From: Anaerolineae bacterium
GTDB taxonomy: Bacteria > Chloroflexota > Anaerolineae > Anaerolineales > E44-bin32
Length of the DNA: 64,000 nt
Direction of reading: 5' to 3'
Assembly (NCBI GenBank): GCA_011192015.1
Contig: DUET01000078.1
Location: forward strand, 14,854-78,853
Positions 55,995 through 64,000 of this stretch are shown here, one piece after another. Numbering within the stretch: position 1 is the first letter of the stretch; every line of letters begins with the position of its first letter. A program made the position numbers and the translations under genes. The notes under the pieces were generated by a model. That model was given only the letters and a program-made list of their open reading frames with translations. It had not been told where the DNA came from and searched no databases.

Positions 55995-56197
55995 GAAGTA
56001 TTACGTGCTTATCTCCGAAACTGAAAGCCCAGGGTGTCGCGAACTCGATAGCCGCCTCCGGAAAACCAAGCCTACGTGTGCGGATGGAGGCGCTGACCAT
56101 TCCCACAAGTGTATGTCGCCAGGTGAAGGACTGTGAAAATCCAGTGCCATCGAATAAAGCCTGGACTCGGTTTGGATCTTGCGGCTCATTAAGTCTT

Positions 56198-57817
56198 CTA
56201 CAATTCCGACATCACGTAGGGAATCGTCTCTGCAACCTCTCCTGCAAGCACACTCGCCTCGGAGCCTAAAATCTGTGCCGCATAGATCCCAGCCTGTGCA
56301 TGCACATAGGCTCCTAATATGGCAGCTTCATAAGCGCCCACACCCTGCGCCCTGAAACCCGCGATAGCTCCCGCAAGCACATCCCCAGTTCCCGCTTTTG
56401 CCAGTGCGGAGGTTGCAAAGGGCAGCACTGTTGCACGACTATCGGGTGCCGCAATGACGGTGAAAGCACCTTTCAGTACGACCACATGCCCCCACTGCTT
56501 AGCCCACTTCCTGACACTTTCTACCCTATCTGCCTGTATCGCTGCCTTCGGCTCATCGGTAAGCACGGCCATTTCACCGGGGTGCGGTGTGAGGATCGAT
56601 CCCGAAGGAAGCCTTTGTTCCCAACCCTCCATCTTCTTCAAGAGCTTCAGCCCATCCGCATCGACGATGCACGGTGGCAGGTTTCCCACCTCGGCGCTGG
56701 TTTTTCCCTCCGCGCCCACGAAACCGATACTCCCTCTTGCAATGCCCGCTTGATCACTAAGCAGGCGCTTCAGGAACGCGGCCGTTGAGGGATCCTGTCC
56801 GAAGCCAGGCCCGATCAGAAGTGCCGTTGTGCCCTTCAATTCTTGACCAAGCACATCCACGGCGCTCTCTGCGATAGCGCCTAGCTCATGGGGAAGCACG
56901 ATCCATGTCGCTTCGGGAATCTTGGCGGCAATCAAACCCTGTATGTTTCCTGGAACCGCCATGGTCACCAACCCGCTTCCCACACGATATGCAGCCAATC
57001 CTGCCAGCGCAGCCGCTCCAGGATAGTTGATCGATCCTGCAACCACAACGACACGTCCAAAGGTTCCCTTATGCGCATCTTTAGGTCTTTCCGGCAGCCA
57101 GGCCCTCACCATATCCGCGCTTGCAATCTCCAAATTTACCTTCGCCAGTTCCTTCTGATCCTCTTCGATGCCGATGTTGGCCACCTGGATTTCGCCAACG
57201 TATCCCCCTCCTGGAAAACGCAGCAATCCGGGTTTCGCGGCCGCGAAAGTCACTGTTAAATCTGCATGCAGCGCCTCTCCAGCGATCTCTCCCGTGTCGC
57301 ACTCCAGCCCCGAAGGACAATCAACTGCTAAGATGAAGGGAGCCTCCGATCGCTTGGCCAGATTCATGTTCACATCGCTCAGGAATTTCTTGCCGGAATC
57401 CCTCAGGGGTAATTCGAAGCCTGTTCCCAACAATCCATCGATGATCGCATCCGCTTTACTGATTTGCGCGGATAGCTTCCTGCCGCCTCGATCCTTTTCC
57501 GCGATGTCGATTTCCAATCCCCGTTCTACCAAACGCGCCAGATTTGGATCCTCTCCTGGTATTGGTTTGATCAAATACGCTGCGACCTCCGCACCCGCCT
57601 CTGCCAGATAGTGGCCCGCAACGAGCGCATCGCCGCCATTGTTGCCGCTTCCCACCAGCAGAAGAACGAATCTGCCTTTGATCTCCTCCAGGCGCTTCAC
57701 CATCGCATCGGCAACCGCCTTCCCGGCGTTCTCCATCATCTGCGCGTAGCTCAATCCGGTGGCATCGGCGTCTTTTTCTATCGCGCGCATCTGGGCTACC
57801 GTTACGATTTTGGGCAT
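56198..57817 (-). CDS. nnr: Bifunctional NAD(P)H-hydrate repair enzyme (epimerase + ADP-dependent dehydratase)
   Basis: YjeF_N domain GSGNNGGDA. C-terminal carbohydrate-kinase GTGDVLAG. Confidence 0.9.
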   Translation of the reverse strand: MPKIVTVAQMRAIEKDADATGLSYAQMMENAGKAVADAMVKRLEEIKGRFVLLLVGSGNNGGDALVAGHYLAEAGAEVAAYLIKPIPGEDPNLARLVERGLEIDIAEKDRGGRKLSAQISKADAIIDGLLGTGFELPLRDSGKKFLSDVNMNLAKRSEAPFILAVDCPSGLECDTGEIAGEALHADLTVTFAAAKPGLLRFPGGGYVGEIQVANIGIEEDQKELAKVNLEIASADMVRAWLPERPKDAHKGTFGRVVVVAGSINYPGAAALAGLAAYRVGSGLVTMAVPGNIQGLIAAKIPEATWIVLPHELGAIAESAVDVLGQELKGTTALLIGPGFGQDPSTAAFLKRLLSDQAGIARGSIGFVGAEGKTSAEVGNLPPCIVDADGLKLLKKMEGWEQRLPSGSILTPHPGEMAVLTDEPKAAIQADRVESVRKWAKQWGHVVVLKGAFTVIAAPDSRATVLPFATSALAKAGTGDVLAGAIAGFRAQGVGAYEAAILGAYVHAQAGIYAAQILGSEASVLAGEVAETIPYVMSEL

Positions 57818-57886
57818 GCTCCCTCCCGCTCCTATCCATTCACGTTTTTCAGGATCTCATATACCAACGAAATCATCTCCCCATCT

Positions 57887-59728
57887 TCACGCTTGTGCTT
57901 CCCAGATCTCAGGGAGGATCCAATCCAATCCCAGCTTTTTCAATCGATCCTTTGATGGTTTCCCTGTTTCACCATCCCAATCTCTGAAATCGTAATATGC
58001 CTTCAACATCTCATCCAGGGGAGGTGCATAGCCTGCCGCTCCCCCATCCTCGAGTTCCTTCATCAGATGCTTTGGCAATCGATCCTCATCCTTGTTGAGC
58101 CCAAGACGCATATTAATGGCTCGTTTTAAATTCCATGCTCTTTCGCCAGTTTCCATCAAGCTTTCAATAGAATGATTCCAACCCATAACTTCATTCAAGA
58201 TGGCCACGACCATCTTGGATTCCACATTGGCGAAGATGCACATCCCCAACGAATTCCTCACTGTGGTCCAATCTTGATGCCGAGCCACGTTGGCAACTTT
58301 CTCAACGCCCGCTCTCCTGTTGAGAAAATCGATGCCGATCTCATCGATGCTCATGCCTGTCTCGACCATGTAGTAATCTCCCTGGTTATGACAGGCTCCG
58401 CGTGGCGAAGTCGCATACACCAGAGCCATTCCGGAGGATCCACGTGGGTCCTGGTAGGGAACTTCTAAACCCTTCACTTGCGCGGCCATTTCCGGAACAC
58501 CATGTTGACTTGCGAAAGCCTTCGCTCCACGGGCAAGCTGTTTTCCCAATCCTTCACGTTTTGCGATTTCGTGCACCAATTGCATGGCGGCTTCCGCGTT
58601 ACCCCATCGCAGATCCAATCCACCGGTATCGTCATCATTCAAGGATTCTCTTTCGAAGAGCAGGAATGCCAACCCGATCGCATTGGATACCGAAATCGTG
58701 TCCATGCCATACCGGTCGCACCATTCCCCCATCCTGGTGATGGCCTCCAGATCATCGATTCCCAGATTCGGTCCAAATCCCATGATCGTTTCGTATTCCG
58801 GGCCTTTGCGTTCGACACCGTCTGATAAACGCACTCTTCTTCCGCACGCAATCACGCACCCATGACACGCCTTGTATCCGGTCAGGATCGTATCCACCAT
58901 TTGTGATCCTGAGACTTTCTCTGCACCCTCAAACACCCCTGCGCTGAAATACTTCTTGGGCATCATCCCCAGATGTTCCCAGTATTCGGTTGCGCTTGCC
59001 GTCCCCACCTCTCTGAAGGCGAGCGTGAGCATATCATTTCGCAGAGCGATGTTGGCCTTTCTACGCAGGGGGCCAAACCTTTCCTCATTCGCGATCGGTA
59101 TGGGTTTGGTTCCCCGCACGGCGATTGCTTTGAGATTCTTCGATCCCATCACCGCTCCCAAACCGGTTCTTCCTGCCACTCGCCCGTGATCGCATAGGAT
59201 GGATGCGAAGCGTATTTTCGTTTCACCGGCCAAACCAATGCAGGCCACTCTCGTTTTCGTATCCCCCAACTCGCCTCGAATGGCATCCTGTGTTTCGTAG
59301 GTGTCCTTGGATCCCCATAGGTGCCCAGCAGGGCGGATATCCACCTCGTCATCGCATATGCTCAGGTATACGGGCTTCGATGCCTTTCCTACGATCTTCA
59401 GCCCATCGATACCCGTTTTCCTCAATTCAGTCCCGAAGAATCCGCCGATATTGGATTCGGCCCACAATCCTGTTGCAGGTGATTTCCCACAGATTGCAAG
59501 CCTTCCCACCGCCGGTCCGCCTGTGCCTGTTAGAGGGCCGGTTATCAGCAACAAGGGCGCTTGTGGATTGAGCGGGGGTAATTCAATTGTCAACTCATGG
59601 AACAGGATTTTTGCGCCCAAACCTGATCCACCAAGGTATGCCATATGATCTACTGCCTCGATCGTGCTATAGGAAAACTCTCCGCTGCTCAGATCAACCG
59701 TCAGCAGGCGAAAGCTTGTATCTCTCAT
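57887..59728 (-). CDS. Aldehyde:ferredoxin oxidoreductase family (tungstopterin) enzyme
   Basis: N-terminal LLTVDLSSG...GGSGLGAKIL. 4Fe-4S ligands CHGCVIAC. Length and order are typical of AOR. Confidence 0.9.
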   Translation of the reverse strand: MRDTSFRLLTVDLSSGEFSYSTIEAVDHMAYLGGSGLGAKILFHELTIELPPLNPQAPLLLITGPLTGTGGPAVGRLAICGKSPATGLWAESNIGGFFGTELRKTGIDGLKIVGKASKPVYLSICDDEVDIRPAGHLWGSKDTYETQDAIRGELGDTKTRVACIGLAGETKIRFASILCDHGRVAGRTGLGAVMGSKNLKAIAVRGTKPIPIANEERFGPLRRKANIALRNDMLTLAFREVGTASATEYWEHLGMMPKKYFSAGVFEGAEKVSGSQMVDTILTGYKACHGCVIACGRRVRLSDGVERKGPEYETIMGFGPNLGIDDLEAITRMGEWCDRYGMDTISVSNAIGLAFLLFERESLNDDDTGGLDLRWGNAEAAMQLVHEIAKREGLGKQLARGAKAFASQHGVPEMAAQVKGLEVPYQDPRGSSGMALVYATSPRGACHNQGDYYMVETGMSIDEIGIDFLNRRAGVEKVANVARHQDWTTVRNSLGMCIFANVESKMVVAILNEVMGWNHSIESLMETGERAWNLKRAINMRLGLNKDEDRLPKHLMKELEDGGAAGYAPPLDEMLKAYYDFRDWDGETGKPSKDRLKKLGLDWILPEIWEAQA

Positions 59729-59743
59729 ATTCGTTTCCCATTC

Positions 59744-61408
59744 CTACGCGAGTGGGTCGCGTTCGACGCTTCCTTCTTTGGGAGGGATTCTGCTCATGGC
59801 GTATTCCGCCAGTGCCGTGATCGTCAGGCTGGGATTCAATCCCGGATTCCCGGGCATGATGGATCCGTCAATGACATATATACCCGGATAATTATGCAGA
59901 TTGCATTCAGCATCGATCACGCCTTCGGAAGCGTCCTTTCCCATGGGACAACCTCCCAGCAGATGGGCCGTTGTGGGCACGTTGAACAAACCTTCTGCGA
60001 AGGACCCCATGGTGATGCCGTTTGTTTCCGCTGCAAACGCATGCGCCACCTGATGCCCTACATCCACTTTCGCAGCGGGCATGCCCTCATCCGTTACCTC
60101 CGATACCAATCCGCGCCGGAACAAAGTCAACAGGTGTCTGCCGAAACGCATCTTGAGCTTACTTTCCTTGGTCTGCATGGCCATAAGGATGGTCATGCGC
60201 TTGGCCACATGAGGTAATGCCTTCGAGATCAGGAAATCCAGCGGATGTCTCAGGATCTTATAGATCGTCTTGAAGATTCGGATCCAAGCGTTTCCGCCGG
60301 ATTCAATCAAGGGTGACCCCAGCAGGATTGCCATCATCGCCGATCCTGCCGGATAGCGGACAGGTTCGATGTGCGTTTCCTCGTCGGCGCTGAAGATGGA
60401 GCTGATGGCAATTCCCTTGGAGAAATCTGTCTTCCAAGATCGACTAACCGACCCCATGAAAGCTTCGTTGTTATTCCGGACATCTTCCCCCAGTTGTGAC
60501 GAGATCATCGGCAGGGATCGTTTCACATCCCGGCTGCGGAATAACAAATCAAGCGTTCCTGTGACTCCTGCAGATATCACCACGTTTCTGGCTCGTACTT
60601 TCCGCTTGGGCTTGCGAATCCATTTCGTTGAAGGCATATAACCGATTTCGAAACGCGCTCCGTCTTCCTGCTCCTTCTCCAACGGCTGGATTTCTCGCAC
60701 GAGACACTCCGGTCGCACCTCCGCTCCCCATGACTCCGCGAAAAACAAGTAATTCTTCACCAGGGTGTTCTTGGCATTATAGCGACAACCCACCATGCAA
60801 CCGCCGCAGAAATTACATCCGGCGCGATTTGGTCCCTTGCCATCAAAATATGGATCCCCTACTTGTTCTTCCGGTTCTCCGAAGAACACGCCCACATCAG
60901 TACGATTGAAGGTGTGTCCCCTGCCCATTTCGTCGGCGACTTTCTTTAAAACTCGATCCCCTTCCCACTGCTCCGGATTGCGGGTTACGCCCAGCATGCG
61001 CTTTGCTGTTTCATAATGCGGCTGCAGGATTGATTTCCAATCCGCCAGCTGACTCCATTTCGGAGATGCAAACATGCTCTCGTCCGGTTCGACCAACACG
61101 TTTGCATATCCCAGGCTGCCGCCTCCCACACCCGATCCATGCAATGCCAGTACGGTTCGAAAGGGAGTGATCTCCAGAATTCCAAAGCATTTCAATCCGG
61201 GAAGCCATAAGTATTTCCATAGATTCCAACTCGTGCGTGAGAAATCCTGATCCAGGTATCGCTTTCCGCGTTCCAAGACCAGCACGGAATATCCTTTTGC
61301 TGTCAATCGCATGGCCGATACACTGCCGCCAAAGCCGGAGCCGATGACGACATAATCAAATACATCGTCCTTTTGATGCATATTGATGGTTCGCTGCTGG
61401 TTCCCCAT
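59744..61408 (-). CDS. GMC-family FAD oxidoreductase (alcohol/cholesterol-oxidase-like)
   Basis: DYVVIGSGFGGS. C-terminal HLLGGCPMG and IDGSIMPGNPGLNP. ATG 61408 preferred; the track ORF runs to 61438. Confidence 0.85.
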   Translation of the reverse strand: MGNQQRTINMHQKDDVFDYVVIGSGFGGSVSAMRLTAKGYSVLVLERGKRYLDQDFSRTSWNLWKYLWLPGLKCFGILEITPFRTVLALHGSGVGGGSLGYANVLVEPDESMFASPKWSQLADWKSILQPHYETAKRMLGVTRNPEQWEGDRVLKKVADEMGRGHTFNRTDVGVFFGEPEEQVGDPYFDGKGPNRAGCNFCGGCMVGCRYNAKNTLVKNYLFFAESWGAEVRPECLVREIQPLEKEQEDGARFEIGYMPSTKWIRKPKRKVRARNVVISAGVTGTLDLLFRSRDVKRSLPMISSQLGEDVRNNNEAFMGSVSRSWKTDFSKGIAISSIFSADEETHIEPVRYPAGSAMMAILLGSPLIESGGNAWIRIFKTIYKILRHPLDFLISKALPHVAKRMTILMAMQTKESKLKMRFGRHLLTLFRRGLVSEVTDEGMPAAKVDVGHQVAHAFAAETNGITMGSFAEGLFNVPTTAHLLGGCPMGKDASEGVIDAECNLHNYPGIYVIDGSIMPGNPGLNPSLTITALAEYAMSRIPPKEGSVERDPLA

Positions 61409-61542
61409 GATTGTGCATCCTTTTGATTTTTCGAGCATCGTTTACGTTACGCGTTATACCTGAACGTATGCAAATACTCTTCCACACTGGTGCGATGGTA
61501 TTGAGGCTAATCTGTATTCTAACTGTTCACATTCTCAGGGCT

Positions 61543-61956
61543 TTATTCCACGATCCCCACACTACTAGCACATCTCACAAAATCAAACACCGTGGGCACA
61601 TTTCGGAGCACGTAGGTCATGCTGCCTTCCAACCTCAATCTGCGTGTGAGCATGGCTTGCATGGGATCTAATTTTCCGGTTAGCACATTGATGAATTCGC
61701 TTCGTGTTGCCCGCAATATGAAAGCCGGTTTCGCATGCTTTGCTTCTTCCTGCGTGAGCGTTTTCGCGCTTCGACATTTCCCATGCCATAGATCCATGTA
61801 GTAGTACATGTTTTCATCCTGCGATCCCTTATCCGGCTCGATCGCAAACATGAAATCGCCTTCCCAGTTCTTGGCGATCTCAGCATACTGCTCATCGCTA
61901 TTCAGCAGGGTTTCAAAATCGTTTAGCCATGCTTCGCTTGGAAAGGGTTGAGCCAT
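61543..61956 (-). CDS. SCP2 sterol/lipid-carrier domain protein
   Basis: The C-terminal VLTGKLDPMQAMLTRRLRLEGSMTYVLR pattern is typical of PF02036. Confidence 0.8.
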   Translation of the reverse strand: MAQPFPSEAWLNDFETLLNSDEQYAEIAKNWEGDFMFAIEPDKGSQDENMYYYMDLWHGKCRSAKTLTQEEAKHAKPAFILRATRSEFINVLTGKLDPMQAMLTRRLRLEGSMTYVLRNVPTVFDFVRCASSVGIVE

Positions 61957-62011
61957 GCTTCACCTCCAAGTCATGCATTATGCGCCAATCGCCATGCATT
62001 GTCAAAACGGA

Positions 62012-62040
62012 TTGACACCCTCCCATACGATGGGTAAACT
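62012..62040 (+). promoter_or_regulatory. Sigma-70-type promoter of greA
   Basis: TTGACA (62012-62017), a 17-nt spacer, then TAAACT (62035-62040). Confidence 0.5.
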
Positions 62041-62153
62041 CTCAAGACATCTCATTCAGAATGATCTTGCCCGATTCCAGCCTGCTCCCTGTGCTTTCGG
62101 CGTCTTTTCAGTGGTTTTTCGTATTTCAGCAGCGCTGCCTTTTGAGAGGATCG

Positions 62154-62621
62154 ATGGAAAGCGATGACCTTTTCATAACCAAGGAAGGCGCAGAAAACCT
62201 CCGCAAGGAGCTTGAGGAGCTTTGTGGACCGCGCCGGCAGGAGATGGCTGCCCGCCTTCGCCATGCGATCCAGCAAGGCGATCTGACGGAAAACGCCAAC
62301 TACATAGCCGCCAAAGAAGACCAGGCTTTTCTCGAGGGGAAGATCATGGAGCTGGAGGAAATCCTCCGCCGTGCCATCATCATCGAGGATATCCACTCAG
62401 GCGATTCTGTCTCCATCGGCAGCACAGTCACGGTCGCCTTCAAAGACGATACTCGGCAGATTTTCAAAGTCGTAGGGGTCAAAGAGGCCAATCCGCGGAG
62501 CGGCAAGATTTCCCATCAATCTCCCTATGGCATGGCCCTGCTCGGCAAACGCCCGGGCGAGATCGCACGTGCTGAAACGCCCAATGGTCCGATCGAGTTT
62601 ACTGTGATCGAAATCCATTGA
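62154..62621 (+). CDS. greA: Transcription elongation factor GreA
   Basis: ITKEGAENLRKELEEL...ENANYIAAKEDQAFLEGKI. C-terminal ISHQSPYGMALLGKRPGE. Confidence 0.92.
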   Translation: MESDDLFITKEGAENLRKELEELCGPRRQEMAARLRHAIQQGDLTENANYIAAKEDQAFLEGKIMELEEILRRAIIIEDIHSGDSVSIGSTVTVAFKDDTRQIFKVVGVKEANPRSGKISHQSPYGMALLGKRPGEIARAETPNGPIEFTVIEIH

Positions 62622-62660
62622 CCCCTAATTTCCAAGGAAATATTTCCATAGAAATCAAGT

Positions 62661-62693
62661 AGGCGGAGCATGATGCTCCGCCTCATCTTTCCT
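62661..62693. terminator. Bidirectional terminator hairpin
   Basis: AGGCGGAGCA-TGA-TGCTCCGCCT followed by CATCTTTCCT, located between convergent genes. Confidence 0.65.
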
Positions 62694-62719
62694 CTCATGG
62701 ATATCCATGGTCGAAGGCG

Positions 62720-63829
62720 CTAATCCCTCTGAAAGGCCAGCAGCTCAATCGTGATTCGCTCGAAGAAACTCCTGGGCGGCAGAACCCCTTCTCCATAGAC
62801 ATAGTCTACGACCCGAGCTTGAACTTCAATCGATGCTGTTTGAAGATCCACAACTCCCCCGCTCTCCACCAACACAGGATCTCCCTTGGCGGCAAGGCGG
62901 GTTCGCGTCGAATTATCATCGAAGGCGTACTGACTCAAGATAACTTTGGTAACGGTTTGGATGTCGTTCTTATCGAAGAGCCAAACTTCAAAGGATGAAA
63001 TCTTCCTGGCTCCATCCACACCGATTACATCTGCGATACCAACACCACACTCACCCAGGAAGTCCCCAGTTGCACTCTCGATGCTGAAGGCGTCGTCGTA
63101 TGAATCGTCGCCGAGATTGTAAGTCGTACGGAATGTCGCCAACGGTTCCCTCATAGGAGGCGCTGGCTTCTCAAGATCTACGACGGGTTCGGCCAGGACT
63201 TCCTCCAATGCCTGCGCCGGCTGCGGTTGATAGTGTTCCTGTGTGGAAATCATTCTGGATCGTTTCGCCAGTACGAATGCAATCAGAAATCCAACGAGAA
63301 CGATCACACCGCCAACGGGCAGTATCACCCGCCATGCACTCGCGCGTTCGGTTGATTCGGGCACTGCCGGCTCGAAGACGTCATCGCCTGAGACGGGAAG
63401 CGTGATCACAGCTCGGAAATTCTGGATAGCGGAGGGGTCCACCAATCCCGGATCCGCACCGATTGCTTCCAGGACACTTTCCCCGTACTCTCCGAGTTCC
63501 TCATAGCGCTGGATGGCCAAACCTATTTCGCGATTGACGGAGTAGGAATCCACTGCCATACGGAGATAGTCTTCACGCAGATCCTGACGAAGTGTATCCG
63601 GCGTGGTGTCAATCACGTTGAGCGGATCGATGAGCCACGCATAGATGAGCCCCAATGCAATCCCCAACACCAGGGTTGCGACCGGCAAGACCCACTTTCG
63701 TTCGAACAGGCCTTTTAGAGCATCCATAGCCTTGCCCCTCAATACGCCCATCTCTTCGACTCCATTGCTCCACATCCACAAGCATTCATTCCCGTTGTGT
63801 ATTGTAGAGCTACAAATCTTGCAAGACAA
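62720..63829 (-). CDS. Two-TM membrane protein with ~170-aa C-terminal domain, unknown function
   Basis: The ORF has TM helices WVLPVATLVLGIALGLIYAWLI and VILPVGGVIVLVGFLIAFVLA. The real start is probably an internal Met (MGVLRGK or MDALKGLF). Confidence 0.6.
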   Translation of the reverse strand: MSCKICSSTIHNGNECLWMWSNGVEEMGVLRGKAMDALKGLFERKWVLPVATLVLGIALGLIYAWLIDPLNVIDTTPDTLRQDLREDYLRMAVDSYSVNREIGLAIQRYEELGEYGESVLEAIGADPGLVDPSAIQNFRAVITLPVSGDDVFEPAVPESTERASAWRVILPVGGVIVLVGFLIAFVLAKRSRMISTQEHYQPQPAQALEEVLAEPVVDLEKPAPPMREPLATFRTTYNLGDDSYDDAFSIESATGDFLGECGVGIADVIGVDGARKISSFEVWLFDKNDIQTVTKVILSQYAFDDNSTRTRLAAKGDPVLVESGGVVDLQTASIEVQARVVDYVYGEGVLPPRSFFERITIELLAFQRD

Positions 63830-63846
63830 TCGCTAGGTTGCATCTA

Positions 63847-64000
63847 TCATGCCAGATCTTCAGTTTTCGATTCCAGCGCTTCGACTGCGTAGCGCTGCTT
63901 GCATTCCATACACACTGCTTCTTGGGGGCCATCCCGTACAAGCAATCCCCCACATCCAGGACAGGCCATGGGGAGCGGCTTTTTCCAACTTGTGAAATCG
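63847..64000 (-). CDS. C-terminal zinc-ribbon segment of a gene running off the right edge (or a 40-aa zinc-ribbon protein)
   Basis: The minus frame is open from the window edge to TGA at 63849-63847. It reads DFTSWKKPLPMACPGCGGLLVRDGPQEAVCMECKQRYAVEALESKTEDLA (CxxC...CxxC). It is not in the ORF track. Confidence 0.4.
   Translation of the reverse strand, partial: DFTSWKKPLPMACPGCGGLLVRDGPQEAVCMECKQRYAVEALESKTEDLA

Noticed and set aside
55995-56197. About 200-nt unexplained spacer after the ytxH terminator. I tested the idea of an SRP/4.5S or 6S RNA.
   Set aside because: It contains a 7-bp stem (CGCCTCC…GGAGGCG). There is no GGAA-tetraloop/AGCA symmetric-loop arrangement of SRP RNA and no long end-to-end pairing typical of 6S. 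It needs a covariance-model scan.

Overview
This is a 64-kb chromosomal segment from a bacterium. Gene content and promoter style suggest a Chloroflexota/Anaerolineae-like organism, but that cannot be proven from the sequence alone.

I support about 52 protein-coding genes, one tmRNA, one tRNA-His, one decayed alpha/beta-hydrolase pseudogene and one tyrosine recombinase. I saw no rRNA, CRISPR array or IS element.

Housekeeping genes present are trmFO, hflX, smpB/ssrA, recJ, fmt, selB, hisS, rseP, eno, iscS-mnmA, nnr and greA.

Two genes run off the window edges and are therefore missing from the supplied ORF track:
- A TPR protein of more than 1,430 aa on the minus strand at 1-4291.
- A zinc-ribbon C-terminus on the minus strand at 63847-64000.

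The most interesting signal is a self-contained sigma-54 cassette. It comprises rpoN, a soluble PAS/GAF histidine kinase and a REC-AAA+ activator with no DNA-binding domain. A perfect TGGCAC-N5-TTGCA promoter starts 8 nt after the activator stop codon and drives a small 2-TM protein plus the giant TPR protein. A second, nearly identical -24/-12 promoter 45 kb away precedes a leaderless-peptide M23/TIM-barrel protein.

Other candidates:
- An orphan membrane module (complex-I/Mrp-type antiporter-like).
- An unknown ORF translationally coupled between smpB and ssrA.
- A divergent FHA-winged-helix regulator / Ser-Thr kinase pair.
- A hutH / hisS / tRNA-His cluster with a terminator-containing hisS leader.
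- An SCP2 / GMC oxidoreductase / tungsten-type AOR string.
- Widespread apparently leaderless genes and a recurring exact TGCTATAAT promoter 9-mer.

All structure and function calls come from reading motifs by eye. No searches were run.
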